Positions 24,001 to 38,400 of a DNA stretch of 64,000 nucleotides are shown here, piece by piece. The translations under genes and the position numbers were made by a program. The stretch's first letter is position 1; each line of letters starts with the position of its first letter. The notes under the pieces are model-generated. The model was given only the letters and a program-made list of their open reading frames with translations, was not told the DNA's origin and searched no databases. Source of the stretch: Antedon mediterranea (Eukaryota > Animalia > Echinodermata). Where the stretch lies: assembly GCF_964355755.1 (NCBI RefSeq), contig NC_092676.1:12262771-12326770 (forward strand), in the 5' to 3' direction.

Positions 24001-27000
24001 ACCGTTTTAGAGCATTTTGTGAATTTCGACGAAACTTGGTTACACAAAAACATCAAAGTGCTTAAAATCACATTTTAAACCGTTTTAGAGCATTTTGAGC
24101 ATTTCGATAAAACTTTTCACACAAAAACATCAAAGTGTACAAAATAGCTTCAAATCGCATTTAGAGAGGTTTTAGAGCATTTTGAGCATTTCGATAAAAC
24201 TTTTCACACAAAAACATCAAAGTGTACAAAATAGCTTCAAATCACATTTGAAACCGTTTTAGACCATTTTGAGCATTTCGATAAAACTTTTCACACAAAA
24301 ACATCAAAGTGTACAAAATAGCTTCAAATCGCATTTGGAGACGTTTTAGACCATTTTGTGCATTTCGATGAAACTTGGTTACACAAAAACATCAAAGTGC
24401 TTAAAATCACATTTGAAACCGTTTTAGAGCATTTTTAGCATTTCGATAATACTTTTCACACAAAAACATCAAAGTGTACAAAATAGCTTCAAATCGCATT
24501 TGGAGACGTTTTAGACCATTTTGTGCATTTCGATGAAACTTGGTTACACAAAAACATCAAAGTGCTTAAAATCACATTTGAAATCGTTTTAGACCATTTT
24601 GAGCATTTCGATAAAACTTTTCACACAAAAAAATCAAAGTGCACAAAATAGCTTCAAATCGCATTTGGAGACGTTTTAGACTATTTTGTGCATTTCGAAA
24701 AAATTTGTTAACATAAAAAGACCAAAGTGTTTAGAATATCTCCAAATCGCATTTGGAGACGTTTTAAACCATTTTGTGCATTTCGATGGAACTTGGTTAC
24801 ACAAAAACATCAAAGTGCTTAAAATCACATTTAAAACCCGTTTTAGAGCATTTTGAGCATTTCGATAAAACTTTTCACACAAAAACATCAAAGTGTACAA
24901 AATAGCTTCAAATCGCATTTAGAGAGGTTTTAGACCATTTTGTGCGTTTCGATAAAACTTTTCACACAAAAACATCAAAGTGCACAGAATAGCTTCAAAT
25001 CGCATTTGGAGACGTTTTAGACCATTTTGTGCATTTCAAAAAAACTTTTTAACATAAAAACACCAAAGTGCTTAGAATCACATTTGAAACCGTTTTAGAG
25101 CATTTTGTGCATTTCGACGAAACTTGGTTACACAAAAACATCAAAGTGCTTAAAATCACATTTGAAACCGTTTTAGAGCATTTTGAGCATTTCGATAAAA
25201 CTTTTCACACAAAAACATCAAAGTGTACAAAATAGCTTCAAATCGCATTTAGAGAGGTTTTAGAGCATTTTGAGCATTTCGATAAAACTTTTCACACAAA
25301 AACATCAAAGTGTACAAAATAGCTTCAAATCACATTTGAAACCGTTTTAGACCATTTTGAGCATTTCGATAAAACTTTTCACACAAAAACATCAAAGTGT
25401 ACAAAATAGCTTCAAATCGCATTTGGAGACGTTTTAGACCATTTTGTGCATTTCGATGAAACTTGGTTACACAAAAACATCAAAGTGCTTAAAATCACAT
25501 TTGAAACCGTTTTAGAGCATTTTTAGCATTTCGATAATACTTTTCACACAAAAACATCAAAGTGTACAAAATAGCTTCAAATCGCATTTGGAGACGTTTT
25601 AGACCATTTTGTGCATTTCGATGAAACTTGGTTACACAAAAACATCAAAGTGCTTAAAATCACATTTGAAATCGTTTTAGACCATTTTGAGCATTTCGAT
25701 AAAACTTTTCACACAAAAAAATCAAAGTGCACAAAATAGCTTCAAATCGCATTTGGAGACGTTTTAGACTATTTTGTGCATTTCGAAAAAATTTGTTAAC
25801 ATAAAAAGACCAAAGTGTTTAGAATATCTCCAAATCGCATTTGGAGACGTTTTAAACCATTTTGTGCATTTCGATGGAACTTGGTTACACAAAAACATCA
25901 AAGTGCTTAAAATCACATTTAAAACCGTTTTAGAGCATTTTGAGCATTTCGATAAAACTTTTCACACAAAAACATCAAAGTGTACAAAATAGCTTCAAAT
26001 CGCATTTAGAGAGGTTTTAGACCATTTTGTGCATTTCGATAAAACTTTTCACACAAAAACATCAAAGTGTACAAAATAGCTTCAAATCGCATTTAGAGAC
26101 GTTTTAGACCATTTTGTGCATTTCGTTAAAACTTTTCACACAAAAACATCAAATTGCACAAAATAGCTTAATATCGTGTTTGAAAACGTTTTAAACCATT
26201 TTGAGCATGTCGATAAAACTTTTCACACAAAAATATCAAAGTGCACCGAATATCTTCAAATCGCATTTAGAGACGTTTTAGACCATTTTGTGCATTTCGG
26301 AAAAATTTGTTAACATAAAAAGACCAAAGTGTTTAGAATATCTCCAAATCGCATTTGGAGACGTTTTAGACCATTTTGTGCATTTCGATGAAACTTGGTT
26401 ACACAAAAACATCAAAGTGCTTAAAATCACATTTAAAACCGTTTTAGAGCGTTTTGAGCATTTCGATAAACTTTTCACACAAAAACATCAAAGTGCACAA
26501 AATAGCTTAAAATCGCATTTAGAGATGTTTTAGACCATTTTGTGCATTTCGATAAAACTTTTCACACAAAAACATCAAATTTCACAAAATAGCTTAATAT
26601 CGTGTTTGAAAACGTTTTAAACCATTTTGAGCATGTCGATAAAACTTTTCACACAAAAATATCAAAGTGCACAGAGTAGCTTCAATTCGCATTTGGAGAC
26701 GTTTTAGACCATTTTGTGCATTTTGATAAAACTTTTCACACAAAAACATCAAATTGCACAAAATAGCTTAATATCGTGTTTGAAAACGTTTTAAACCATT
26801 TTGAGCATGTCGATAAAACTTTTCACTCAAAAATATCAAAGTGCACAGAATATCTTCAAATCGCATTTAGAGACGTTTTAGACCATTTTGTGCATTTCGA
26901 AAAAATTTGTTAACATAAAAAGACCAAAGTGTTTAGAATATCTCCAAATCGCATTTGGAGACGTTTTAGACCATTTTGTGTTTTTCGAAAAAACTTTTCA

Positions 27001-30000
27001 CACAAAAACATCAAAGTGTACAAAATTGCTTCAAATCGCATTTGGAGACGTTTTAGACCATTTTGTGATTTTCGAAAAACTTTTCACACAAAAACATCAA
27101 AGTGTAGAAAATTGCTTCAAATCGCATTTAGAGACGTTTTAGACCATTTTGTGCATTTCGAAAAAATTTGTTAACATAAAAAGACCAAAGTGTTTAGAAT
27201 ATCTCCAAATCGCATTTGGAGACGTTTTAGACCATTTTGTGTTTTTCGAAAAACTTTTCACACAAAAACAACAAAGTGTAGAAAATTCCTTCAAATCGCA
27301 TTTAGAGACGTTTTAGACCATTTTGTGCATTTCGAAAAAACTTTTTAAAATAAAAACACCAAAGTGCTTAGAATAGCTTCAAATCGCATTTGGAGACGTT
27401 TTAGACCATTTTGTGCATTTCGATGCAACTTGGTTACACAAAAACATCAAAGTGCTTAAAATCACATTTGAAACCGTTTTAGAGCATTTTGAGCATTTCG
27501 ATAAAACTTTTCACACAAAAACATCAAAGTGTACAAAATAGCTTCAAATCACATTTGAAACCGTTTTAGACCATTTTTAGCATTTCGATAAAACTTTTCA
27601 CACAAAAACATCAAAGTGTACAAAATAGCTTCAAATCGCATTTGGAGACGTTTTAGACCATTTTGTGCATTTCGATGAAACTTGGTTACACAAAAACATC
27701 AAAGTGCTTAAAATTACAATTGAAAGCGTTTTAGAGCATTTTGAGCATTTCGATAATACTTTTCACACAAAAACATCAAAGTTTACAAAATAGCTTCAAA
27801 TCGCATTTGGAGACGTTTTAGACCATTTTGGGCATTTCGATGAAACTTGGTTACACAAAAACATCAAAGTGCTTAAAATCACATTTGAAACCGTTTTAGA
27901 CCATTTTGAGCGTTTCGATAAAACTTTTCACACAAAAAAATCAGAGTGCACAAAATTTCTTCAAATCGCATTTGGAGACGTTTTAGACTATTTTGTGCAT
28001 TTCGAAAAAATTTGTTAACATAAAAAGACCAAAGTGTTTAGAATATCTCCAAATCGCATTTGGAGACGTTTTAAACCATTTTGTGCATTTCGATGGAACT
28101 TGGTTACACAAAAACATCAAAGTGCTTAAAATCACATTTAAAACCGTTTTAGAGCATTTTGAGCATTTCGATAAAACTTTTCACACAAAAACATCAAAGT
28201 GTACAAAATAGCTTCAAATCGCATTTAGAGAGGTTTTAGACCATTTTGTGCATTTCGATAAAACTTTTCACACAAAAACATCAAAGTGTACAAAATAGCT
28301 TCAAATCGCATTTAGAGACGTTTTAGACCATTTTGTGCATTTTGATAAAACTTTTCACACAAAAACATCAAATTGCACAAAATAGCTTAATACCGTGTTT
28401 GAAATCGTTTTAAACCATTTTGAGCATGTCGATAAAACTTTTCACAAAAAAACATCAAAGTGCACAGAATAGCTTCAAATCGCATTTGGAGACGTTTTAA
28501 ACCATTTTGTGCATTTCGATAAAACTTTTCACATAAAAACATCAAAGTGTACAAAATAGCTTCAAATCGCATTTAGAGACGTTTTAGACCATTTTGGGCA
28601 TTTCGATGAAACTTGGTTACACAAATACATAAAAGTGCTTAAAATCACATTGCAAACCGTTTTAGAGCATTTTGAGCATTTCTATAAAACTTTTCACACA
28701 AAAACATCAAAGTGCACAAAATAGCTTCAAATCGCATTTAGAGATGTTTTAGACCATTTTGTGCAATTCGATAAAACTTTTCATACAAAAACATCAAATT
28801 GCACAAAATAGCTTAATATCGTGTTTGAAAACGTTTTAGACCATTTTGAGCATGTCGATAAAACTTTTCACACAAAAACATAAAAGTGAACAGAATAGCT
28901 TCAAATTGCATTTGGAGACGTTTTAGAGCATTGTGTGCATTTCGATAAAATGTGTTAACATAAAAAGACCAAAGTGTTTAGAATATCTTCAAATCACATT
29001 TGGAGACGTTTTAGACCATTTTTTGCATTTCGATGAAACTTGGTTACACAAAAACATCAAAGTGCTTAAAATCACATTTAAAACCGTTTTAGAGCATTTT
29101 GAGCATTTCGATAAAACTTTTCACACAAAAACATCAAAGTGTACAAAATAGCTTCAAATCACATTTGAAACCGTTTTAGACCATTTTGAGCATTTCGATA
29201 AAACTTTTCACACAAAAACATCAAAGTGTACAAAATAGCTTCAAATCGCATTTGGAGACGTTTTAGACCATTTTGTGCATTTCGATGAAACTTGGTTACA
29301 CAAAAACATCAAAGTGCTTAAAATCACATTTGAAACCGTTTTAGAGCATTTTTAGCATTTCGATAAATACTTTTCACACAAAAACATCAAGGTGTACAAA
29401 ATAGCTTCAAATCGCATTTGGAGACGTTTTAGACCATTTTGTGCATTTCGATGAAACTTGGTTACAAAAAAACATCAAAGTGCTTAAAATCACATTTGAA
29501 ACCGTTTTAGACCATTTTGAGCATTTCGATAAAACTTTTCACACAAAAACATCAAATTGCACAAAATAGCTTAATATCGTGTTTGAAAACGTTTTAGACC
29601 ATTTTGAGCATGTCGATAAAACTTTTCACACAAAAACATAAAAGTGAACAGAATAGCTTCAAATTGCATTTGGAGACCTTTTAGAGCATTTTGTGCATTT
29701 CGATAAAATGTGTTAATATAAAAAGACCAAAGTGTTTAGAATATCTTCAAATCACATTTGGAGACGTTTTAGACCATTTTTTGCATTTCGATGAAACTTG
29801 GTTACACAAAAACATCAAAGTGCTTAAAATCACATTTAAAACCGTTTTAGAGCATTTTGAGCATTTCGATAAAACTTTTCACACAAAAACATCAAAGTGT
29901 ACAAAATAGCTTCAAATCGAATTTAGAGAGGTTTTAGACAATTTTGTGCATTTCGATAAAACTTTTCACACAAAAACATCAAAGTGTACAAAATAACTTC

Positions 30001-30507
30001 AAATCCCATTTAGAGACGTTTTAGACCATTTTGTGCATTTTGATAAAACTTTTCACACAAAAACATCAAATTGCACAAAATAGCTTAATACCGTGTTTGA
30101 AATCGTTTTAAACCATTTTGAGCATGTCGATAAAACTTTTCACAAAAAAACATCAAAGTGCACAGAGTAGCTTCAAATCGCATTTGGAGACGTTTTAAAC
30201 CATTTTGTGCATTTCGATAAAACTTTTCACATAAAAACATGAAAGTGTACAAAATAGCTTCAAATCGCATTTAGAGACGTTTTAGACCATTTTGGGCATT
30301 TCGATGAAACTTAGTTACACAAATACATAAAAGTCCTTAAAATCACATTTCAAACCGTTTTAGAGCATTTTGAGCATTTCGATAAAACTTTTCACACAAA
30401 AACATCAAAGTGCACAAAATAGCTTCAAATCGCATTTAGAGATGTTTTAGACCATTTTGTGCAATTCGATAAAACTTTTCACACAAAAACATCAAATTGC
30501 ACAAAAT

Positions 30508-30705
30508 AAATGCAATTTGAAGCTATTCTGTTCACTTTTATGTTTTTGTGTGAAAAGTTTTATCGACATGCTCAAAATGGTCTAAAACGTTTTCAAACAC
30601 GATATTAATATCGTGTTTGAAAACGTTTTAGACCATTTTGAGCATGTCGATAAAACTTTTCACACAAAAACATAAAAGTGAACAGAATAGCTTCAAATTG
30701 CATTT
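30508..30705. repeat. Perfect 198-bp palindrome (99-bp arms, no spacer), copy 1
   Basis: AAATGCAATTTGAAGC...CACGATATT|AATATCGTG...GCTTCAAATTGCATTT, centre 30606/30607. Confidence 0.95.
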
Positions 30706-31541
30706 GGAGACCTTTTAGAGCATTTTGTGCATTTCGATAAAATGTGTTAATATAAAAAGACCAAAGTGTTTAGAATATCTTCAAATCACATTTGGAGACG
30801 TTTTAGACCATTTTTTGCATTTCGATGAAACTTGGTTACACAAAAACATCAAAGTGCTTAAAATCACATTTAAAACCGTTTTAGAGCATTTTGAGCATTT
30901 CGATAAAACTTTTCACACAAAAACATCAAAGTGTACAAAATAGCTTCAAATCGAATTTAGAGAGGTTTTAGACAATTTTGTGCATTTCGATAAAACTTTT
31001 CACACAAAAACATCAAAGTGTACAAAATAACTTCAAATCGCATTTAGAGACGTTTTAGACCATTTTGTGCTTTTTAATAAAACTTTTCACACAAAAACAT
31101 CAAATTGCACAAAATAGCTTAATACCGTGTTTGAAATCGTTTTAAACCATTTTGAGCATGTCGATAAAACTTTTCACAAAAAAACATCAAAGTGCACAGA
31201 ATAGCTTCAAATCGCATTTGGAGACGTTTTAAACCATTTTGTGCATTTCGATAAAACTTTTCACATAAAAACATGAAAGTGTACAAAATAGCTTCAAATC
31301 GCATTTAGAGACGTTTTAGACCATTTTGGGCATTTCGATGAAACTTAGTTACACAAATACATAAAAGTCCTTAAAATCACATTTCAAACCGTTTTAGAGC
31401 ATTTTGAGCATTTCGATAAAACTTTTCACACAAAAACATCAAAGTGCACAAAATAGCTTCAAATCGCATTTAGAGATGTTTAAGACCATTTTGTGCAATT
31501 CGATAAAACTTTTCACACAAAAACATCAAATTGCACAAAAT

Positions 31542-31739
31542 AAATGCAATTTGAAGCTATTCTGTTCACTTTTATGTTTTTGTGTGAAAAGTTTTATCGA
31601 CATGCTCAAAATGGTCTAAAACGTTTTCAAACACGATATTAATATCGTGTTTGAAAACGTTTTAGACCATTTTGAGCATGTCGATAAAACTTTTCACACA
31701 AAAACATAAAAGTGAACAGAATAGCTTCAAATTGCATTT
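31542..31739. repeat. Perfect 198-bp palindrome, copy 2
   Basis: Same sequence as copy 1, centre 31640/31641. Confidence 0.95.
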
Positions 31740-34700
31740 GGAGACATTTTAGAGCATTTTGTGCATTTCGATAAAATGTGTTAACATAAAAAGACCAAAG
31801 TGTTTAGAATATCTTCAAATAACATTTGGAGACGTTTTAGACCATTTTTTGCATTTCGATGAAACTTGGTTACACAAAAACATCAAAGTGCTTAAAATCA
31901 CATTTAAAACCGTTTCAGAGCATTTTGAGCATTTCGATAAAACTTTTCACACAAAAACAACAAAGTTTACAAAATAGCTTCAAATCGCATTTAGAGAGGT
32001 TTTAGACCATTTTGTGCATTTCGATAAAACTTTTCACACAAAAACATCAAAGTGTACAAAATAACTTCAAATCGCATTTAGAGACGTTTTAGACCATTTT
32101 GTGCATTTTGGTAAAACTTTTCACACAAAAACATCAAATTGCACAAAATAGCTTAATATCGTGTTTGAAAACGTTTTAAACCATTTTGAGCATGTCGATA
32201 AAACTTTTCACACAAAAATATCAAAGTGCACAGAATAGCTTCAAATCGCATTTGGAGACGTTTTAGACCATTTTGTGCATTTTGATAAAACTTTTCACAC
32301 AAAAACATCAAATTGCACAAAATAGCTTAATATCGTGTTTGAAAACGTTTTAAACCATTTTGAGCATGTCGATAAAACTTTTCACTCAAAAATATCAAAG
32401 TGCACAGAATATCTTCAAATCGCATTTAGAGACGTTTTAGACCATTTTGTGCATTTCGAAAAAATTTGTTAACATAAAAAGACCAAAGTGTTTAGAATAT
32501 CTCCAAATCGCATTTGGAGACGTTTTAGACCATTTTGTGTTTTTCGAAAAAACTTTTCACACAAAAACATCAAAGTGTACAAAATTGCTTCAAATCGCAT
32601 TTGGAGACGTTTTAGACCATTTTGCGATTTTCGAAAAACTTTTCACACAAAAACATCAAAGTGTAGAAAATTGCTTCAAATCGCATTTAGAGACGTTTTA
32701 TACCATTTTGTGCATTTCGAAACAATTTGTTAACATAAAAAGAGCAAAGTGTTTAGAATATTTCCAAATCGCATTTGGAGACGTTTTAGACCATTTTGTG
32801 CATTTCGATGAAACTTGGTTACACAAAAACATCAAAGTGCTTAAAATCACATTTAAAACCGTTTTAGAGCGTTTTGAGCATTTCAATAAACTTTTCACAC
32901 AAAAACATCAAAGTGCACAAAATAGCATTTAGAGATGTTTTAGACCATTTTGTGCATTTCGATAAAACTTTTCACACAAAAACATCAAATTGCACAAAAA
33001 AGCTTAATACCGTGTTTGAAATCGTTTTAAACCAATTTGAGCATGTCGATAAAACTTTTCACACAAAAACATCAAAGTGCACAGAATATCTTCAAATCGC
33101 ATTTAGAGACGTTTTAGACCATTTTGTGCATTTCGAAAAAATTTGTTAACATAAAAAGACCAAAGTGTTTAGAATATCTCCAAATCGCATTTGGAGACGT
33201 TTTAGACCATTTTGTGCATTTCGATGAAACTTGGTTACACAAAAACATCAAAGTGCTTAAAATCACATTTGAAACCGTTTTAGAGCATTTTGAGCATTTC
33301 GATAAAACTTTTCACACAAAAACATCAAAGTGTAGAAAATTGCTTCAAATCGCATTTGGAGACGTTTTAGACTATTTTGTGCATTTCGAAAAAATTTGTT
33401 AACATAAAAAGACCAAAGTGTTTAGAATATCTCCAAATCGCATTTGGAGACGTTTTAAACCATTTTGTGCATTTCGATGGAACTTGGTTACAACAAAAAC
33501 ATCAAAGTGCTTAAAATCACATTTAAAACCGTTTTAGAGCATTTTGAGCATTTCGATAAAACTTTTCACACAAAAACATCAAAGTGTACAAAATAACTTC
33601 AAATCGCATTTAGAGACGTTTTAGACCATTTTGTGCATTTTGATAAAACTTTTCACACAAAAACATCAAATTGCACAAAATAGCTTAATATCGTGTTTGA
33701 AAACGTTTTAAACCATTTTGAGCATGTCGATAAAACTTTTCACATAAAAATATCAAAGTGCACAGAATAGCTTCAAATCGCATTTGGAGACGTTTTAGAC
33801 CATTTTGTGCATTTCGATGAAACTTGGTTACACAAAAACATCAAATTGCACAAAATAGCTTAATATCGTGTTTGAAAACGTTTTAAACCATTTTGAGCAT
33901 GTCGATAAAACTTTTCACTCAAAAATATCAAAGTGCACAGAATATCTTCAAATCGCATTTAGAGACGTTTTAGACCATTTTGTGCATTTCGAAAAAATTT
34001 GTTAACATAAAAAGACCAAAGTGTTTAGAATATCTCCAAATCGCATTTGGAGACGTTTTAGACCATTTTGTGCATTTCGAAAAAATTTGTTAACATAAAA
34101 AGACCAAAGTGTTTAGAATATCTCCAAATCGCATTTGGAGACGTTTTAGACCATTTTGTGCATTTCGATGAAACTTGGTTACATAAAAACATCAAAGTGC
34201 TTAAAATCACATTTAAAACCGTTTTAGAGCGTTTTGAGCATTTCAATAAACTTTTCACACAAAAACATCAAAGTGCACAAAATAGCTTCAAATCGCATTT
34301 AGAGATGTTTTAGACCATTTTGTGCATTTCGAAAAAACTTTTCACACAAAAACATCAAATTGCACACAATAGCTTAATACCGTGTTTGAAATCGTTTTAA
34401 ACCATTTTGAGCATGTCGATAAAACTTTTCACACAAAAACATCAAAGTGCACAGAATATCTTCAAATCGCATATAGAGACGTTTTAGACCATTTTGTGCA
34501 TTTCGAAAAAATTTGTTAACATTAAAAGACCAATGTGTTTAGAATATCTCCAAATCGCATTTGGAGACGTTTTAGACCATTTTGTGCATTTCGATGAAAC
34601 TTGGTTACACAAAAACATCAAAGTGCTTAAAATCACATTTGAAACCGTTTTAGAGCATTTTGAGCATTTCGATAAAACTTTTCACACAAAAACATCAAAG

Positions 34701-35469
34701 TGTACAAAATAGCTTCAAATCACATTTGAAACCGTTTTAGACCATTTTGAGCATTTCGATAAAACTTTTCACACAAAAACATCAAAGTGTACAAAATGGC
34801 TTCAAATCGCATTTGGAGACGTTTTAGAGCATTTTGAGCATTTCGATAAAACTTTTCACACAAAAACATCAAAGTGTACAAAATAACTTCAAATCGCATT
34901 TAGAGACGTTTTAGACCATTTTGTGCATTTTGATAAAACTTTTCACACAAAAACATCAAATTGCACAAAATAGCTTAATATCGTGTTTGAAAACGTTTAA
35001 AACCATTTTGAGCATGTCGATAAAACTTTTCACATAAAAATATCAAAGTGCACAGAATAGCTTCAAATCGGATTTGGAGACGTTTTAGACCATTTTGTGC
35101 ATTTTGTTAAAACTTTTCACACAAAAACATCAAATTGCACAAAATAGCTTAATATCGTGTTTGAAAACGTTTTAAACCATTTTGAGCATGTCGATAAAAC
35201 TTTTCACTCAAAAATATCAAAGTGCACAGAATATCTTCAAATCGCATTTAGAGACGTTTTAGACCATTTTGTGCATTTCGAAAAAATTTGTTAACATAAA
35301 AAGACCAAAGTGTTTAGAATATCTCCAAATCGCATTTGGAGACGTTTTAAACCATTTTGTGCATTTCGATGGAACTTGGTTACACAAAAACATCAAAGTG
35401 CTTAAAATCACATTTAAAACCGTTTTAGAGCATTTTGAGCATTTCGATAAAACTTTTCACACAAAAACA

Positions 35470-38400
35470 TCAAAGTGTACAAAATAGCTTCAAATCGCAT
35501 TTAGAGAGGTTTTAGACCATTTTGTGCATTTCGATAAAACTTTACACACAAAAACATCAAAGTGTACAAAATAGCTTCAAATCGCATTTAGAGACGTTTT
35601 AGACCATTTTGTGCATTTCGATAAAACTTTTCACACAAAAACATCAAATTGCACAAAATAGCTTAATATCGTGTTTAAAACCGTTTTTACCATTTTGAGC
35701 ATTTCGATAAACTTTTCACACAAAAACATCAAAGTGCACAAAATAGCTTCAAATCGCATTTAGAGATGTTTTAGAACATTTTGTGCATTTCGATAAAATT
35801 TTTCACACAAAAACATCAAATTGCACAAAAAAGCTTAATACCGTGTTTGAAATCGTTTTAAACCAATTTGAGCATGTCGATAAAACTTTTCACACAAAAA
35901 CATCAAAGTGCACAGAATATCTTCAAATCGCATTTAGAGACGTTTTAGACCATTTTGGGCATTTCGATGAAACTTGGTTACACAAATACATAAAAGTGCT
36001 TAAAATCACATTTAAAACCGTTTTAGAGCATTTTGAGCATTTCGATAAAACTTTTCACACAAAAACATCAAAGTGTACAAAATAGCTTCAAATCGCATTT
36101 AGAGAGGTTTTAGACCATTTTGTGCATTTCGATAAAACTTTTCACACAAAAACATCAAAGTGTACAAAATAGCTTCAAATCGCATTTAGAGAGGTTTTAG
36201 ACCATTTTGTGCATTTCGATAAAACTTTACACACAAAAACATCAAAGTGTACAAAATAGCTTCAAATCGCATTTAGAGACGTTTTAGACCATTTTGTGCA
36301 TTTCGATAAAACTTTTCACACAAAAACATCAAATTGCACAAAATAGCTTAATATCGTGTTTAAAACCGTTTTTACCATTTTGAGCATTTCGATAAACTTT
36401 TCACACAAAAACATCAAAGTGCACAAAATAGCTTCAAATCGCATTTAGAGATGTTTTAGAACATTTTGTGCATTTCGATAAAAATTTTCACACAAAAACA
36501 TCAAATTGCACAAAAAAGCTTAATACCGTGTTTGAAATCGTTTTAAACCAATTTGAGCATGTCGATAAAACTTTTCACACAAAAACATCAAAGTGCACAG
36601 AATATCTTCAAATCGCATTTAGAGACGTTTTAGACCATTTTGGGCATTTCGATGAAACTTGGTTACACAAATACATAAAAGTGCTTAAAATCACATTTAA
36701 AACCGTTTTAGAGCATTTTGAGCATTTCGATAAAACTTTTCACACAAAAACATCAAAGTGTACAAAATAGCTTCAAATCGCATTTAGAGAGGTTTTAGAC
36801 CATTTTGTGCATTTCGATAAAACTTTTCACACAAAAACATCAAAGTGTACAAAATAACTTCAAATCGTATTTAGAGACGTTTTAGACCATTTTGTGCATT
36901 TTGATAAAACTTTTCACACAAAAACATCAAATTGCACAAAATAGCTTAATATCGTGTTTGAAAACGTTTTAAACCATTTTGAGCATGTCGATAAAACTTT
37001 TCACACAAAAACATCAAATTGCACAAAATAGCTTAATATCGTGTTTGAAAACGTTTTAAACCATTTTGAGAATGTCGATAAAACTTTTCACACAAAAATA
37101 TCAAAGTGCACAGAATATCTTCAAATCGCATTTAGAGACGTTTTAGACCATTTTGTGCATTTCGAAAAAATTTGTTAACATAAAAAGACCAAAGTGTTTA
37201 GAATATCTCCAAATCGCATTTGGAGACGTTTTAGACCATTTTGTGTTTTTCGAAAAAACTTTTCACACAAAAACATCAAAGTGTACAAAATTGCTTCAAA
37301 TCGCATTTGGAGACGTTTTAGACCATTTTGTGATTTTCGAAAAACTTTTCACACAAAAACATCAAAGTGTAGAAAATTGCTTCAAATCGCATTTAGAGAC
37401 GTTTTAGACCATTTTGTGCATTTCGAAAAAAATTTATTAACATAAAAAGACCAAAGTGTTTAGAATATTTCCAAATCGCATTTGGAGACGTTTTAGACCA
37501 TTTTGTGCATTTCGATGAAACTTGGTTACACAAAAACATCAAAGTGCTTAAAATCACATTTAAAACCGTTTTAGAGCGTTTTGAGCATTTCGATAAACTT
37601 TTCACACAAAAACATCAAAGTGCACAAAATAGCATTTAGAGATGTTTTAGACCATTTTGTGCATTTCGATAAAACTTTTCACACAAAAACATCAAATTGC
37701 ACAAAAAAGCTTAATACCGTGTTTGAAATCGTTTTAAACCAATTTGAGCATGTCGATAAAACTTTTCACACAAAAACATCAAAGTGCACAGAATATCTTC
37801 AAATCGCATTTAGAGACGTTTTAGACCATTTTGTGCATTTCGAAAAAATTTGTTAACATAAAAAGACCAAAGTGTTTAGAATATCTCCAAATCGCATTTG
37901 GAGACGTTTTAGACCATTTTGTGCATTTCGATGAAACTTGGTTACACAAAAACATCAAAGTGCTTAAAATCACATTTGAAACCGTTTTAGAGAATTTTGA
38001 GCATTTCGATAAAACTTTTCACACAAAAACATCAAAGTGTACAAAATAGCTTCAAATCACATTTGAAACCGTTTTAGACCATTTTGAGCATTTCGATAAA
38101 ACTTTTCACACAAAAACATCAAAGTGTACAAAATAGCTTCAAATCGCATTTGGAGACGTTTTAGACCATTTTGTGCATTTCGATGAAACTTGGTTACACA
38201 AAAACATCAAAGTGCTTAAAATCACATTTGAAATCGTTTTAGACCATTTTGAGCATTTCGATAAACTTTTCACACAAAAACATCAAAGTGCACAAAATAG
38301 CTTCAAATCGCATTTAGAGATGTTTTAGAACATTTTGTGCATTTCGATAAAAATTTTCACACAAAAACATCAAATTGCACAAAAAAGCTTAATACCGTGT

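Larger units (their letters stand above)
29570..31950. repeat. 1034-bp higher-order tandem repeat carrying the palindrome (repeated again at about 41780-44160)
   Basis: Markers at 29691/30725/31759 and 30085/31119. Palindromes at 30508 and 31542. Confidence 0.85.

Noticed and set aside
30508-30705. Palindrome as a MITE or foldback transposon
   Set aside because: Both arms are pure local satellite sequence, there is no TSD, and all four copies share identical flanks explained by tandem duplication.
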